A DNA stretch of 64,000 nt from Mytilus californianus (taxonomy: Eukaryota): contig NW_026262581.1 in NCBI RefSeq assembly GCF_021869535.1, positions 74,958,001-75,022,000 of the forward strand. The letters are read 5' to 3'. The translations under genes and the position numbers were made by a program. A model generated the notes under the pieces. The model saw only the letters and a program-made list of their open reading frames with translations. It had not been told where the DNA came from and did not search any database. Shown in pieces: positions 12,205 to 23,281 of the stretch (within the stretch, counting starts at the first letter, position 1; every line of letters begins with the position of its first letter).

Positions 12205-15200
12205 GTAATTCATAATAATGACTAACTTTTAACACTGATATTTCACATAGTAATGTTTGAAATATATATCATGTATATACAACAAATGAAAATTGAATTT
12301 CTAATTTATCATTTTTGTCGGCATTTTATCTTCCAATAGACGAGAGTCTGGGAGGGTTTCACATAATAGAGAATATTGGGCCAAATGTACAGAAAAAAAT
12401 CAACCCTCCAAAAAAAAGAAAAGAGAAATATAGGATAGAAAATAAAGAAAAGAGAGATATGGAGTGCAGAAATACAGAAAAAAAAAGAGAGTAATGGGCA
12501 AACATATCATTAATAGAGAAAAATTACCTAAACATTAAAGAATACAGAAATGAAGAACCCCATCCAGACCCTAATAAATTCCATTGTCTTATTTTTTAAT
12601 TTTTTATCAATTACGAATATTTACCAGGTTTAAGGAAAGAGTTGTCAAAGATGGCTACACTAATAGAAAAGATTGAAAAGACATGCAAAGTTAGAGGTAT
12701 GCATCTATAATAAGAACCAGGTAAAAAATCAGCACACTCGTTCTAAACTAAATAAAGTAAAAATCTACGCATTTGGTGTTTGATCATGAAAACTAATTCA
12801 TTATGAAATGCTTGGAAAAATTATAGTGATATATAAAGGCTATTTTTCAGTAAATGTGTATTTTTTTTTGTTATTCAGAAAACAGGTTCACTACCAAAAA
12901 AGTTTATAGACTGCACCATACGCAGTATAAAATCAGACAGAAAACAGCGATATTAGTTCCATTATCAATATTAGAAGCGAAACAAATAATGAACAAAACG
13001 TTCACTGACCATGGCATGCTGTCTTTCACAGGCACATTACAATGTGGCTAGATGAGGGTCACGTGTCAGCATAATAATCAACATAAGATAGATTTGAAAA
13101 AAAGTATTGAGGGTAGTTAATATACCGAAATAGGTATCATGCTTTTCATTGGGAATGGTTATTTCTAGTTTTTACCTTTTATCTCGAAACTATAATAGAA
13201 TTGGTAAAAACTGTAAACAGCAAAATCTTTACAGTCTCTAGAAAAACTATGTAATCTTAAATCGAGCATTAGGAGGGAGTTGTTTCAATGAAATAATATA
13301 TTTTTGTTGCAGAGATCAATGAGTGTGAAGCCAAGCCATGTAAGCATGGAGGGACCTGTAAAGACCAAGTCAATGGATACAAATGTTCATGTTTACCAGG
13401 ATATGCTGGATCGAACTGTGAAATAGGTATTAATCGATCGGTATCATCATTTCCATAAGGTATCAAATGTAGAAAAGAAGCATCTATATAAAGCAAATAT
13501 ATTTCAACAGGAACTAAGAGTATTAAAAAAAAAACAGCCAATCAAATATAATCCTATATAGTTTTTTGGCCTTAAATAATGATTTTTCAAACTTATTTCC
13601 AGTTTTAACCTTTTATCTCGAAACTATAATAGATTGGTAGAAACAACAAATGGCAAAATCTTAACAGTTGTGAGAATCAGGCTTTTAAAGACTCTTCTCT
13701 ATGTCAGAAATCTATGTCTTCTTTAATCGGACAGTAGGAGGTGGTTACAACAATTAGCAAGTGACTTCACAATTTTTTTAAGGAATTTTATGTTTTCGTT
13801 GCAGAGATTGATGAGTGTGCAGCCAAGCCATGTCAGCATGGAGGGACATGTAAAGACCAAGTCAATGGATACAAATGTTCGTGTTTACCAGGATATGCTG
13901 GACCAAACTGTGAAACGGGTAATAATCTATTTGTGTTTTGTCTTACCCATAAGGTAGTCCAAACATCTGAGATGATTTCTAAAAATAGAATATTGATTTG
14001 AATAAAAGACTTATTTATTATATATTTCTCTCTAACGTAATGACATCGACCAAGTTAATTATTTCATAGTGAAAGACATTTTTGAAAGGTCGTCATCTTT
14101 AGGTAATCTTTAATCCTACAATTTGAGGGGTAATGGCAACAATTTCATTTATAAAAATTATATATTTTTATGACAGATGTCAATGAGTGTGCAGCCAAGC
14201 CATGTCAGCATGGAGGGACATGTAAAGACCAAGTCAATGGATACAAATGTTCATGTTTACCAGGACATGCTGGATCGAACTGTGAAATAGGTATTAATTA
14301 ATCTACCGGTATCATTATTTCCATGATGTATCTAATGTAGGTAAGAAGCATCTATATGAAGCCAATACATTTCAAGAGGTAATTAGAGTACTTAAACAAA
14401 AACAGGCATTCATATCTTGATACTTTATATATAAATATTTTGAGGTAAAACATCCATTTTCTCTCTGTCTTTCTATGTTAATGCAGCAAATATATGATAA
14501 TGGTTTAAATCATAGTTATTTTTGAAATGTAATCAACATTTGAAAATTAATTTTTGCAAGTCTTCTTTAAAGTAGAATAGGTTATAAAGTTTTAATTAAA
14601 AATAATAATAGTAAAATTAAAATATATTCAGATAACAACCTAAAGTGTTTCAGTTATTTCTTTTGTCGTTTCATCTTCTAACAAAAAGATGCAAAAATTG
14701 ACGGAAATCATTGAATGGCTCCTTACTTAGTTTGTTTTGTCTTAAATGGCGTTTGTTTTATCCTTATTTCTAGTTTTTGCCTATTATCTCAAAACTATAA
14801 TAGATAGGTACAATGAATCAACAGCAAAATTTTAACATTGAGCGAATCAGGCTCTTATAAGTCTCTTGTTTATATCAGAATCTATGTCATCATTAAACGG
14901 ACAGGGGGATGGAGTAATACCAATTATCATGTGACCTCAGAAATGTAAAGACCAAGTGAATAGATACAAATGTTCATGTTTATCAGGATATGCTGGATCA
15001 AACTGTGAAACAGGTTATAATCTATTGGTGTCATCTAATCCATAATGTAGCCCAATTAAACAACTTGGTGATTTCTACGAATAGAAGACTGATTTAAATA
15101 AAAGAATTTTTCATCACAATTTTGTCACTAACGTAATGGCATCCACCAAGTTGATTATTTCCTAAAAATAAATTTTTAAAAGGTCATCATCTTTATGTGA

Positions 15201-18200
15201 TCTTTTATCCTACAATTTGAGGTAATTGCATCAATTTATTTATGAAATTATATATTTTTATGACAGATATTAATGAGTGTGTAGCCAAGCCATGTCAGCA
15301 TGGAGGGACATGTAAAGACCAAGTCAATGGATACAAATGTTCATGTTTACCAGGATATGCTGGACCAAACTGTGAGACGAGTAATAATCTATTTGTGTTT
15401 TGTCTTACCCATAAGGTAGTCCAAACATCTGAGATAAATTCTAAAAATAGAATACTGATTTGAATAAAAGACTTATTCATTATATATTTCTCTCTAACGT
15501 AATGACATCGACCAAGTTAATTATTTCATAAAAGACATTTTTGAAAGGTCGTCATCTTTAGATAATCTTTAATCCTACAATTTGTGGGGTAATGGCAACA
15601 ATTTTATTTATAAAAAATATATATTTTTATGACAGATGTCAATGAGTGTGCAGCCAAGCCATGTCAGCATGGAGGGACCTGTAAAGACCAAGTCAATGAA
15701 TACAAATGTTCATGTTTACCAGGATATGCTGGATCGAACTGTGAAATAGGTATTAATGGATCGGTATCATCATTTCCATAAGGTATCAAATATAGAAAAG
15801 AAGCATCTATATAAAGCAAATATATTAATTATTTCATAAAAGACATTTTTGAAAGGTCGTCATCTTTAGGTAATCTTTAATCCTACAATTTGAGGGGTAA
15901 TGGCAACGATTTTATTTATAAAAATTATATATTTTTATGACAGATGTCAATGAGTGTGCAGCCAAGCCATGTCAGCATGGAGGGACCTGTAAAGACCAAG
16001 TCAATGGATACAAATGTTCATGTTTACCAGGATATGCTGGATCAAACTGTGAAACAGGTAATAATCTTTTGGTGTCATCTTATCCATAAGGTAGTTCAAA
16101 CATCTTAAGTGAAGATTACTATTTGAATAAAAATATTATTCATCATATTTTCTCTCTAACGTAATGGCATCGACCAAGTTGATTATTTCATAAAAGACAT
16201 TTTCAGAAAGTCATCATCTTTATGTGGTCTTTAATCCTACAATTTGAGGGATAATGGCATCAATTTTATTTATAGAATTATATATTTTCATGACAGATAT
16301 TAATGAGTGTGTAGCTAAGCCATGTCAGCATGGAGGGACATGTAAAGACCAAGTCAATGGATACAAATGTTCATGTTTACCAGGATATGCTGGATCAAAC
16401 TGTGAAACAGGTATTAATCTATCGGTATCATTATTTCCATGAGGTATCAAATGTAGAAAAGAAGCATCAATATAAAGCAAATATATTTCAACAGGAACTA
16501 AGAGTATTAAAAAAAAAACAGCCAATCAAATATAATCCTATTACTAGTAACCAATGTGTAGCTAAGCCATGTCAGCATGGAGGGACATGTAAAGACCAAG
16601 TCAATGGATACACATGCTCATGTTTACCTGGTTATGCTGGATCAAACAGTGAAACAGGTATTAATCTATTGATGAGGTAACGGCATCAATTTATTTATGA
16701 AATTATATATTTTCATGGCAGATATTGATGAGTGTGCAGCCAAGCCATGTCAGCATGATGGGAACTGTAAAGACCAATTAAATGGGTACAAATGTTCACA
16801 GCCCTTTTATTTTATGTATTTATGTCTTTGAAAATCAGAAGGTCGCTATTTGACAGATTTAATATACATATAATTTATTCCTTTTTTTGGGGGGGGGGGG
16901 GGGGGGCAAAAAGGATTGCCTTATACTGTTGTACTGTGTGGTATTTTTTTACGATTTATGTTATCCCCATTTTTATAGTAGTAATTTTTGTAGTAGTACA
17001 TCTACAGATGTGGATCCAGGATTTAAAAAAGGGGGCCAAACTAAGTAACGTCAGGAGTTGGGCAAATACAAATATATGCATTAACCATATATGTAGCTCC
17101 ATAAGGGGGGCCGGGCCCCTTTATCCCTAATACCGTCCCTTATCTAATATTTATTAATTTGTACTATGTATTCCTTCATGCAGTATTATTTTTTTTTATT
17201 AAATAAATATCAATGAATGTGCATCAAATCCTTGTGGTTCCTATGGACGCTGCACAGATCGTGTAAACATGTTCACCTGTGCATGTGTTGATTGATATAC
17301 CGGATCGAGATGTCATATAGGTAATAAGGTTATATTTAAGTAAAAATTTAACACTAATGATAAAATGCTTGCAAGATGTTTCTCTGGATCTATATTAACA
17401 TATATATAAATAAGTTTTGACATCCTTAGACATATTTTAAATTATGATTTTCCATGAATTTTTAAGTCCTTCTTACATATTTTAGGCTTTTAAAAGTACA
17501 AGAAGAATATTCAACATGCCTAAGTCAAGAGTGAGTCATCTGCTGTCCATGCATAAAAAAGTAATCTACATAACTGCAAAACTTTTCAAATATATATCAG
17601 TTTTCACTTGTAGTAAATTCAAATTCTGAAAAAAAAACCAGAGGAGAAGGAAATATGCGGACAATTGGTGCCTTGAATTAGAAAAAAGGGAAGGCAATAT
17701 GCAGTCCCTTGAATTCGAAAATAAAAAAGGCATAATATGTCTACCAAAAACATCCAACAAATATTGATATCAGTATTCATGCTTTTGAATTTTGTTTTTT
17801 GTCTTACACATTGGTCATTTTCTGTAAATATACTGTATATAAAATGTTGAATTACTCGAAATACTAGGGGGTATTCTATCCCTAAGAATAGATTGCAATA
17901 GACAGGCTTGTTTTGTTTGTGTTTTTGTTTTTGTGTTTTTTGTGTTTTTTTTTTTAGATTTCAAGGCCTCTTCAACTCCATATATTAAGGTTGTTTTAAT
18001 TCGAGTGACACTGATTGGTGTTATGTATATATAGACGAAGCGCGCGTCTGGCATAACAAATTATAAGCCTTGGTTTTTTTTATTGGTTGTTACACTAAGG
18101 CTTTTCTACCCCAGACATAGATTGTCAAAGATGTATTTGACACATTCGTTTTGGAATTTTCGGTTTTTAATACTCTTCAACTTCGTATTCGATTTGGGTT

Positions 18201-21200
18201 TCCAACTGTTTTGATTCAAGCGCCACTGGTGAATCTGGTGTGGACGAAACGCGCGTCTGGCGTACCAAATTACAAGCCTGATATCTTTAATGAACTTTAA
18301 CGTATTTGATTTAGAGCTTTAAACGTTTTGCATTTAATAAAATCAAGCAAAAAAGGTAAAACATAGTACGTTTTGAGCTCTTGCTATTAATATTTAGATA
18401 TGAACCTTACCCAAAAAGATGTTTTGCTACAAAATGTCTTCCTCTGTTTTTCATTGTCTATACATCTAACATAACTTCTGTATATTTTTACAGCAACGCA
18501 GTGTCCTTATAATTGGAAACTATACAATGGCCATTGCTACTTTTTTGCAATACAGAAGTCGACATGGTACGAAGCTAAGGTAAACGTAGAAGTAAAAGAA
18601 TTTTAAGTTAGGTGTCAGACCGCCAATTCACCCACTTCAATTTAGAACATATAAGTAAAAGTAGCCCTTCCCTGACAAAAAAAAAAATTTGCTTTTGATG
18701 TCATAGTTTACTTAAACTAACAAACAAATAAGCAGAAATTAAACTTTTGGTGAAAAAGAAATATATGTAGACCATTTTGAGCCATACGTCGTAAGAGTAA
18801 AAAAAAAAAAACTTTATCCACTCATTATGTGTGAGTAAGGTAAAAAAGTTTATGAAAAAAAAATCGAATCCAAAATGTGAATTTAAAAATGATCTCATTA
18901 AAGGTTTAAACTAACCCTTTTTAAATTAGTGATGGTAATTAGTTAATAAACGGTAATATAAAAATAGACTTTAATTTTAAATTTCCCTTTAGAATATGCA
19001 TGTCGAGTGTTCAGTAAATAGAAAAGTGATGAACACAGAAATTTTTCTGCAAAAACATATAGTTTATTGCAACTTTTGTTGCCTCGAGGGACGGATCATT
19101 CCAGACTAATCATTGAAATGTATTGTTCTCGTATCAGCACGAAGTATTGTGGAGTAAGAGAAAAGATTAAGTCAGACTTTCTTGTTTGAGAATTGTTTTT
19201 CTGCAAATTTATAAACATGAGTTAGCGCTAACGCCGTTCAAAATCATGCTTTGGGTATCGGACATCATCACAACTGTTAATTGTCCAGAAAATTATAGAA
19301 AGATTTTTAAGGATGAATTACTGTTCTTTACAGCGACACATATCAGTTTATATATCAAAGGCTGTCTCTTTGGATGAAACTATCATTTCTTATACATTAA
19401 ATCCTTTATAGATACGAGATCATACAACATCACGGCGGTTGTATAATTATACAAATACCATCTTATTATCGCGTTTAACTGATCTGTACTATTCTTCTAG
19501 TTATATACATTTAGCGTTGCGATATTACAGTATTTCAACATTTAGCAAACTGTTCATTATTTATTATAACTAAACCAAGAAAAAAAATATTTAAAAATAT
19601 TCAAGGAGTAATCGAACAAAACATCAATTCACGAATGCGTATATGCATAGCTCACGCGTGAAATATTACTGTTGTTCGGTCACGAGTTATCCTTTTGTAT
19701 TGTGGAAATAAAGTGGAAAATGCATACTAGCTATATAATTACTATTTATTTCACTCTGTTTGGATGCACTGTTATTGACCACGTCTTGTAATCACCTATC
19801 GCTATTCGATTTCAGTAATGTGGAATTACAGGTTTTAATTGCCATGTAAAATATCGGTTCTTATTTGACAGTGTTTATCAATGTTAAATTAACATATCTT
19901 ATGAGATGTTATACATGTATATAATTATATAATAATGAATTTTAATTTTAGAGTCAATGTTCACAGGCAGGTAGTTATTTAGCTGTAGTTGATAACAGAT
20001 ATGAAGATATGTGGCTGCAGAGTAACTTAAAGGGTAACTTTTAGAGGCTACAAATTATGGCGGTCATGTCAGGTCTCAAAAGATTGGGAATATTCATTAT
20101 TATATCTCCTGAAAAGTTTTTACAGAATATTATTCATTTGCACGAGATAAAGATTTATGTATTACTTATTTCTTCGATAATAACTTTGCCAAAAGTATAA
20201 GATCGATATATTGAAAAAGGAGAATTTCGTAATCTTATAATGACTAGGAATAAAGTGTAGTTACAATATTTTTTCTATTTTGATGCAAGAAAATAAGATA
20301 AGTGTTCCCATTTATCATTTATTTTCTGACAGCATTTAATGGCCTGTTGTCATAATTAACAACACGTACATTGAAAAAGTTCAGAAAAAGCTGCACATTT
20401 TACGCTTCGGTTTTCATCTGGAACTCTGAAAACAACAAAGGGTTTTGCTCATTGTTAAAGGCCGTACGGTGACCAATAACTGCTTTTAAACAACAAGCCG
20501 GAATACAAAATTTAAACTGTACCGTTGACAATCTTTGAATACAGATAAGGAAATGTAGCGTGATTGCATTTAAGACACCTCCTCAAAGATCACAGTACAA
20601 ACACGAGAAAAATTATATATCAACATACGGCCTTCAACTATGAGCAAAACCCTTATCGCATAGCGATATATCATTATAGCATACAGCAACTAACGACAAC
20701 CACTTGATAAAGTGATACAGACAGTTAAATGAATACAGTAACCCCTATTATGTTCAAATCTTTAAACGGAAATGTGCATAGCAAATACATATTTACAGAT
20801 CTCTTCACAGATTTGTAATTGATTGTTTTTTTTAGTATAAACAAGATAAATGCTATATTCATAATTTTGTCGATAGTCAAGTGCAGTTCAACGAGTTATA
20901 AACCCCAACAAAATGTCACAAAAATCAGAAATACGTTTACTTTGCCTTAATTGCAATAACTTCACTAATGGGGAACTAGGAAAAAACAAATACAGCTATT
21001 TCTCTGTACGTTCGAGATATGTGTATGATTTTGCATTACAGTGTTTATGTGGTAAAACATAGTACATTAATTTATTTTGATATCATGTCTACTCTGATGG
21101 ATTATTAAAATACATTGCAGACGGTGCCTGGATCGATGCAACTGACTATGGGCATGAAGGACGGTGGATAAGTTCTTATTATGGTAGAAACTTACCATAC

Positions 21201-21335
21201 ACGCGCTGGAGAGGTGGAGAACCTAACAATTCTAATGGTGGTGAAGACTGTGCATACATGAATGCTGATGGATGGAACGATTGTCCTTGCAACGAACATA
21301 ACATACCACAATATATCTGTGAAAAAATCCTCTAA
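12078..21335 (+). CDS. Secreted EGF-repeat C-type lectin: 12 coding exons, 458 aa (SP, CxxC/helix, 7x cbEGF, CTLD)
   Basis: join(12078-12204,12628-12696,13313-13426,13805-13918,14177-14290,15267-15380,15636-15749,15944-16057,16297-16410,18494-18579,19952-20033,21121-21335) = 1377 nt. All introns GT-AG, all phases compatible, no internal stop. Confidence 0.9.
12628..12696 (+). CDS. Lectin exon 2: amphipathic/coiled-coil-like helix
   Basis: ttacCAG|(G)[22 protein letters not shown]|GTatgc, 69 nt, phase 1-1. Confidence 0.8.
13313..13426 (+). CDS. EGF exon 1
   Basis: 114 nt, phase 1-1: [38 protein letters not shown]. Confidence 0.92.
   Translation, partial: RSMSVKPSHVSMEGPVKTKSMDTNVHVYQDMLDRTVK
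13805..13918 (+). CDS. EGF exon 2
   Basis: 114 nt: [38 protein letters not shown]. Confidence 0.92.
14177..14290 (+). CDS. EGF exon 3
   Basis: 114 nt: [38 protein letters not shown]. Confidence 0.92.
   Translation: MSMSVQPSHVSMEGHVKTKSMDTNVHVYQDMLDRTVK
14941..15013 (+). pseudogene. EGF pseudo-exon: acceptor and first part of the repeat deleted
   Basis: Intron sequence homologous to 13600-13770 runs straight into ..[23 protein letters not shown]|GT. The nearby AG at 14939-14940 gives a 73-nt out-of-frame exon with an immediate TAA. Confidence 0.8.
15267..15380 (+). CDS. EGF exon 4
   Basis: 114 nt: [38 protein letters not shown]. Confidence 0.92.
15636..15749 (+). CDS. EGF exon 5
   Basis: 114 nt: (N)[37 protein letters not shown]. 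Confidence 0.9.
   Translation: MSMSVQPSHVSMEGPVKTKSMNTNVHVYQDMLDRTVK
15944..16057 (+). CDS. EGF exon 6
   Basis: 114 nt: [38 protein letters not shown]. Confidence 0.92.
16297..16410 (+). CDS. EGF exon 7
   Basis: 114 nt: [38 protein letters not shown]. Confidence 0.92.
16548..16657 (+). pseudogene. EGF pseudo-exon: no in-phase acceptor, sixth Cys mutated to Ser
   Basis: [36 protein letters not shown]|GT. The upstream AGs (16520-16521, 16546-16547) give phase 0 and phase 2, not phase 1. Confidence 0.75.
16722..16797 (+). pseudogene. EGF pseudo-exon: 3' third and donor lost
   Basis: Good acceptor, then [26 protein letters not shown], then unrelated sequence ([10 protein letters not shown]) followed by poly-G and a MITE fragment. 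Confidence 0.75.
17207..17320 (+). pseudogene. Divergent EGF pseudo-exon: acceptor AG>AA and in-frame TGA
   Basis: 114 nt: [37 protein letters not shown]|GTaata. TGA at 17293-17295; preceded by a T tract and AA where AG is expected. Confidence 0.85.
17965..18295 (+). mobile_element. Degenerate retrozyme-like repeat with two type I hammerhead relics 209 nt apart
   Basis: cgcca-CTGGTGA-atc..gac-GAAAC-gcgc-GTC-tggcg (18221-18262) and a more decayed ctgattgg...gacgaagcgcgcgtctggc (18011-18052). The flanks are also repeated (ctcttcaact...). Confidence 0.7.
18494..18579 (+). CDS. CTLD exon 1
   Basis: (A)[28 protein letters not shown], phase 1-0; long-form CTLD start CP.nW....ghCY. Confidence 0.92.
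19952..20033 (+). CDS. CTLD exon 2
   Basis: [27 protein letters not shown], phase 0-1. Confidence 0.9.
21121..21335 (+). CDS. CTLD exon 3 (terminal), with EPN and WND motifs
   Basis: [71 protein letters not shown]. Confidence 0.93.
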
Positions 21336-21491
21336 ACACAGTTGTTCGAGGAATTTTACAATGGCATAAAAATATTTAAGCTGCTTTTCTATCTTTTGAC
21401 ATTTGATACTTTAATATAAATGAAATATATGTATTTATTTAGTTGATTATATTCTAAACATAAAATATGAATGTTTAGGAAAGCATGTACA

Positions 21492-21497
21492 AATAAA
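21492..21497 (+). terminator. Candidate polyadenylation signal of the lectin gene
   Basis: AATAAA about 157 nt after the stop codon. Confidence 0.45.
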
Positions 21498-23092
21498 TAC
21501 ATGAGATGGGATAATACCAAAATGCTACAACTGTCAATTGCAAGGATCAACGTCAATGACAAGGATATAAAATCCTCCAGGTTAGCGTATGGACGTCAAC
21601 AATGAGCAAACAAAGATGTCATATATAGCAAATTCTTGGCTTAAACCGATTGGAAAGCTCGATAAGTATTGGATATACCAAAAGCAAAATAGATAAGATA
21701 TTGCACTGTAAATGTAGCTGTTTATGGTCAAGTGTTATATATTCTGGTAACACTTGACCATCAATTCGCACGTCCATTTGAAAAGAAAACGGAATTTAAA
21801 ACTGTGATACAAATGTAACGGTGTTGATACTAACGTAAGAAATCCTTCAATTCTATTTTATCTACTTTCTCTTTTCTCTATTCTTATTAACTTTGCCCAT
21901 TATTCTCTATTCTTTATATTTTAGCGCCCAATTATTTTCTATTCTTATAATTCTTTTGGTATACTTTTCTCTATTTTCCCCCCTTTTATTCTGCATATTT
22001 TGCCCATTATTCTCTATTCTGTAAACCCCACCAAGACCTGAAGCAGTGATTTGTTTCCCGATTGTCATCTTGTATATATTTGTATTTGTGAGGATTTGGA
22101 TAATACCCAGTTTAATATCCAGTTTGATTATTGTCTTTTATTACTTTTGTTTGGATTCAACAAAACAAGAATACTGTGGATAAGATTTTTGAATATAATG
22201 AGTATGTTAATGTAGATTCATGGTATACCGCCATCTTGGATTGTACAATCGCAGTACACAATCGGTCTAGATCTTTGCCAAAATCTGCAAATTTGGAGAC
22301 AGATAGGCAATTTATAGGTTAGACTGTTTATTTGATGAAAGAAAACTTGGTAATTTATTGCATTATTCAAAATGTTTAAATAAATTCCAAATAATTGTGT
22401 TTTTAGAATCATTTTTATTTTCTTACAGCATATTATAAAACCTATCTTCTAATATTTTATTTCAAAATTCTATCTCATAGATTTCTTTTTATGCACAAAA
22501 ATGTGTTTTTTCATGAACAATCTAAGCAAATTTGTGCAATTTCGTACGACCCGTAGCTTGAAAAATAGCACGGTGACCCATACTTTTTATTATATTTTTT
22601 AAAAAAGCATAGAAAAATCTTTATTTTGGCAAAGTATAAAAAAAATCTATTTGAGGAAATATATACCTATGATATACCTTAAATCCCGTATTGAATCCAA
22701 TTATTTTAAATGATTGCTTGGAAAATTTTCGCAAAAAGCTTTCACAAATTAAAATTTCCTGTTACAGAATTTAATAGCATTACACCAGGAGTTGGTTTTT
22801 ACTATCTCACCTGTTTGGTAATCACTGAAAGCTGATGGCAATAGCTTTGTTGGTGGGTTTACAAGGTGGTGTCAATACATACACGTGTGGGTAATGATAT
22901 CAATATTAGGAAGGAATCTTCCTAACACCAATATTTGTACATTTTTTTGCAACACCAAGAATGCATTTACAAAATTTAATATTTAACTTCTCTTGCTCCC
23001 AATCTGTGTACATTATATAAGTACATATCTTTCCTTTTTGGGTCAGATTGATCATCATTCTCAAATTTTCAAAGCCACAAAGCACTTTTTTA

Positions 23093-23281
23093 CAGCGCTG
23101 GACTTTACATATTCAGCGCTGTATTTAATATCTGCAGCGCTGGACTTTGCATCTCTAGCGTCTAGACTTTACATCCTCGGCGCTAGACTTTTCATGTTCA
23201 GCGCTAGTCTTTAAAACTCCAGTGCTAGACTTTACATCTCCAGAGCTAAACGTTAAATCTCAAGCCCTTGACTTTAAACAC
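23093..23281. repeat. 21-bp minisatellite, about 9 degenerate units
   Basis: Consensus cagcgctagactttacatctc; one unit is 22 bp. Confidence 0.85.

Noticed and set aside
13269-16680. ORFs 13269..13541, 15295..15480, 16325..16525 (-) and 16330..16680 (+)
   Set aside because: Antisense or off-frame readings of the EGF exons and their introns.
19080-19800. CpG-retaining stretch in the CTLD intron with ORF 19186..19377
   Set aside because: No recognisable domain or splice structure; probably an old TE relic that I cannot assign.
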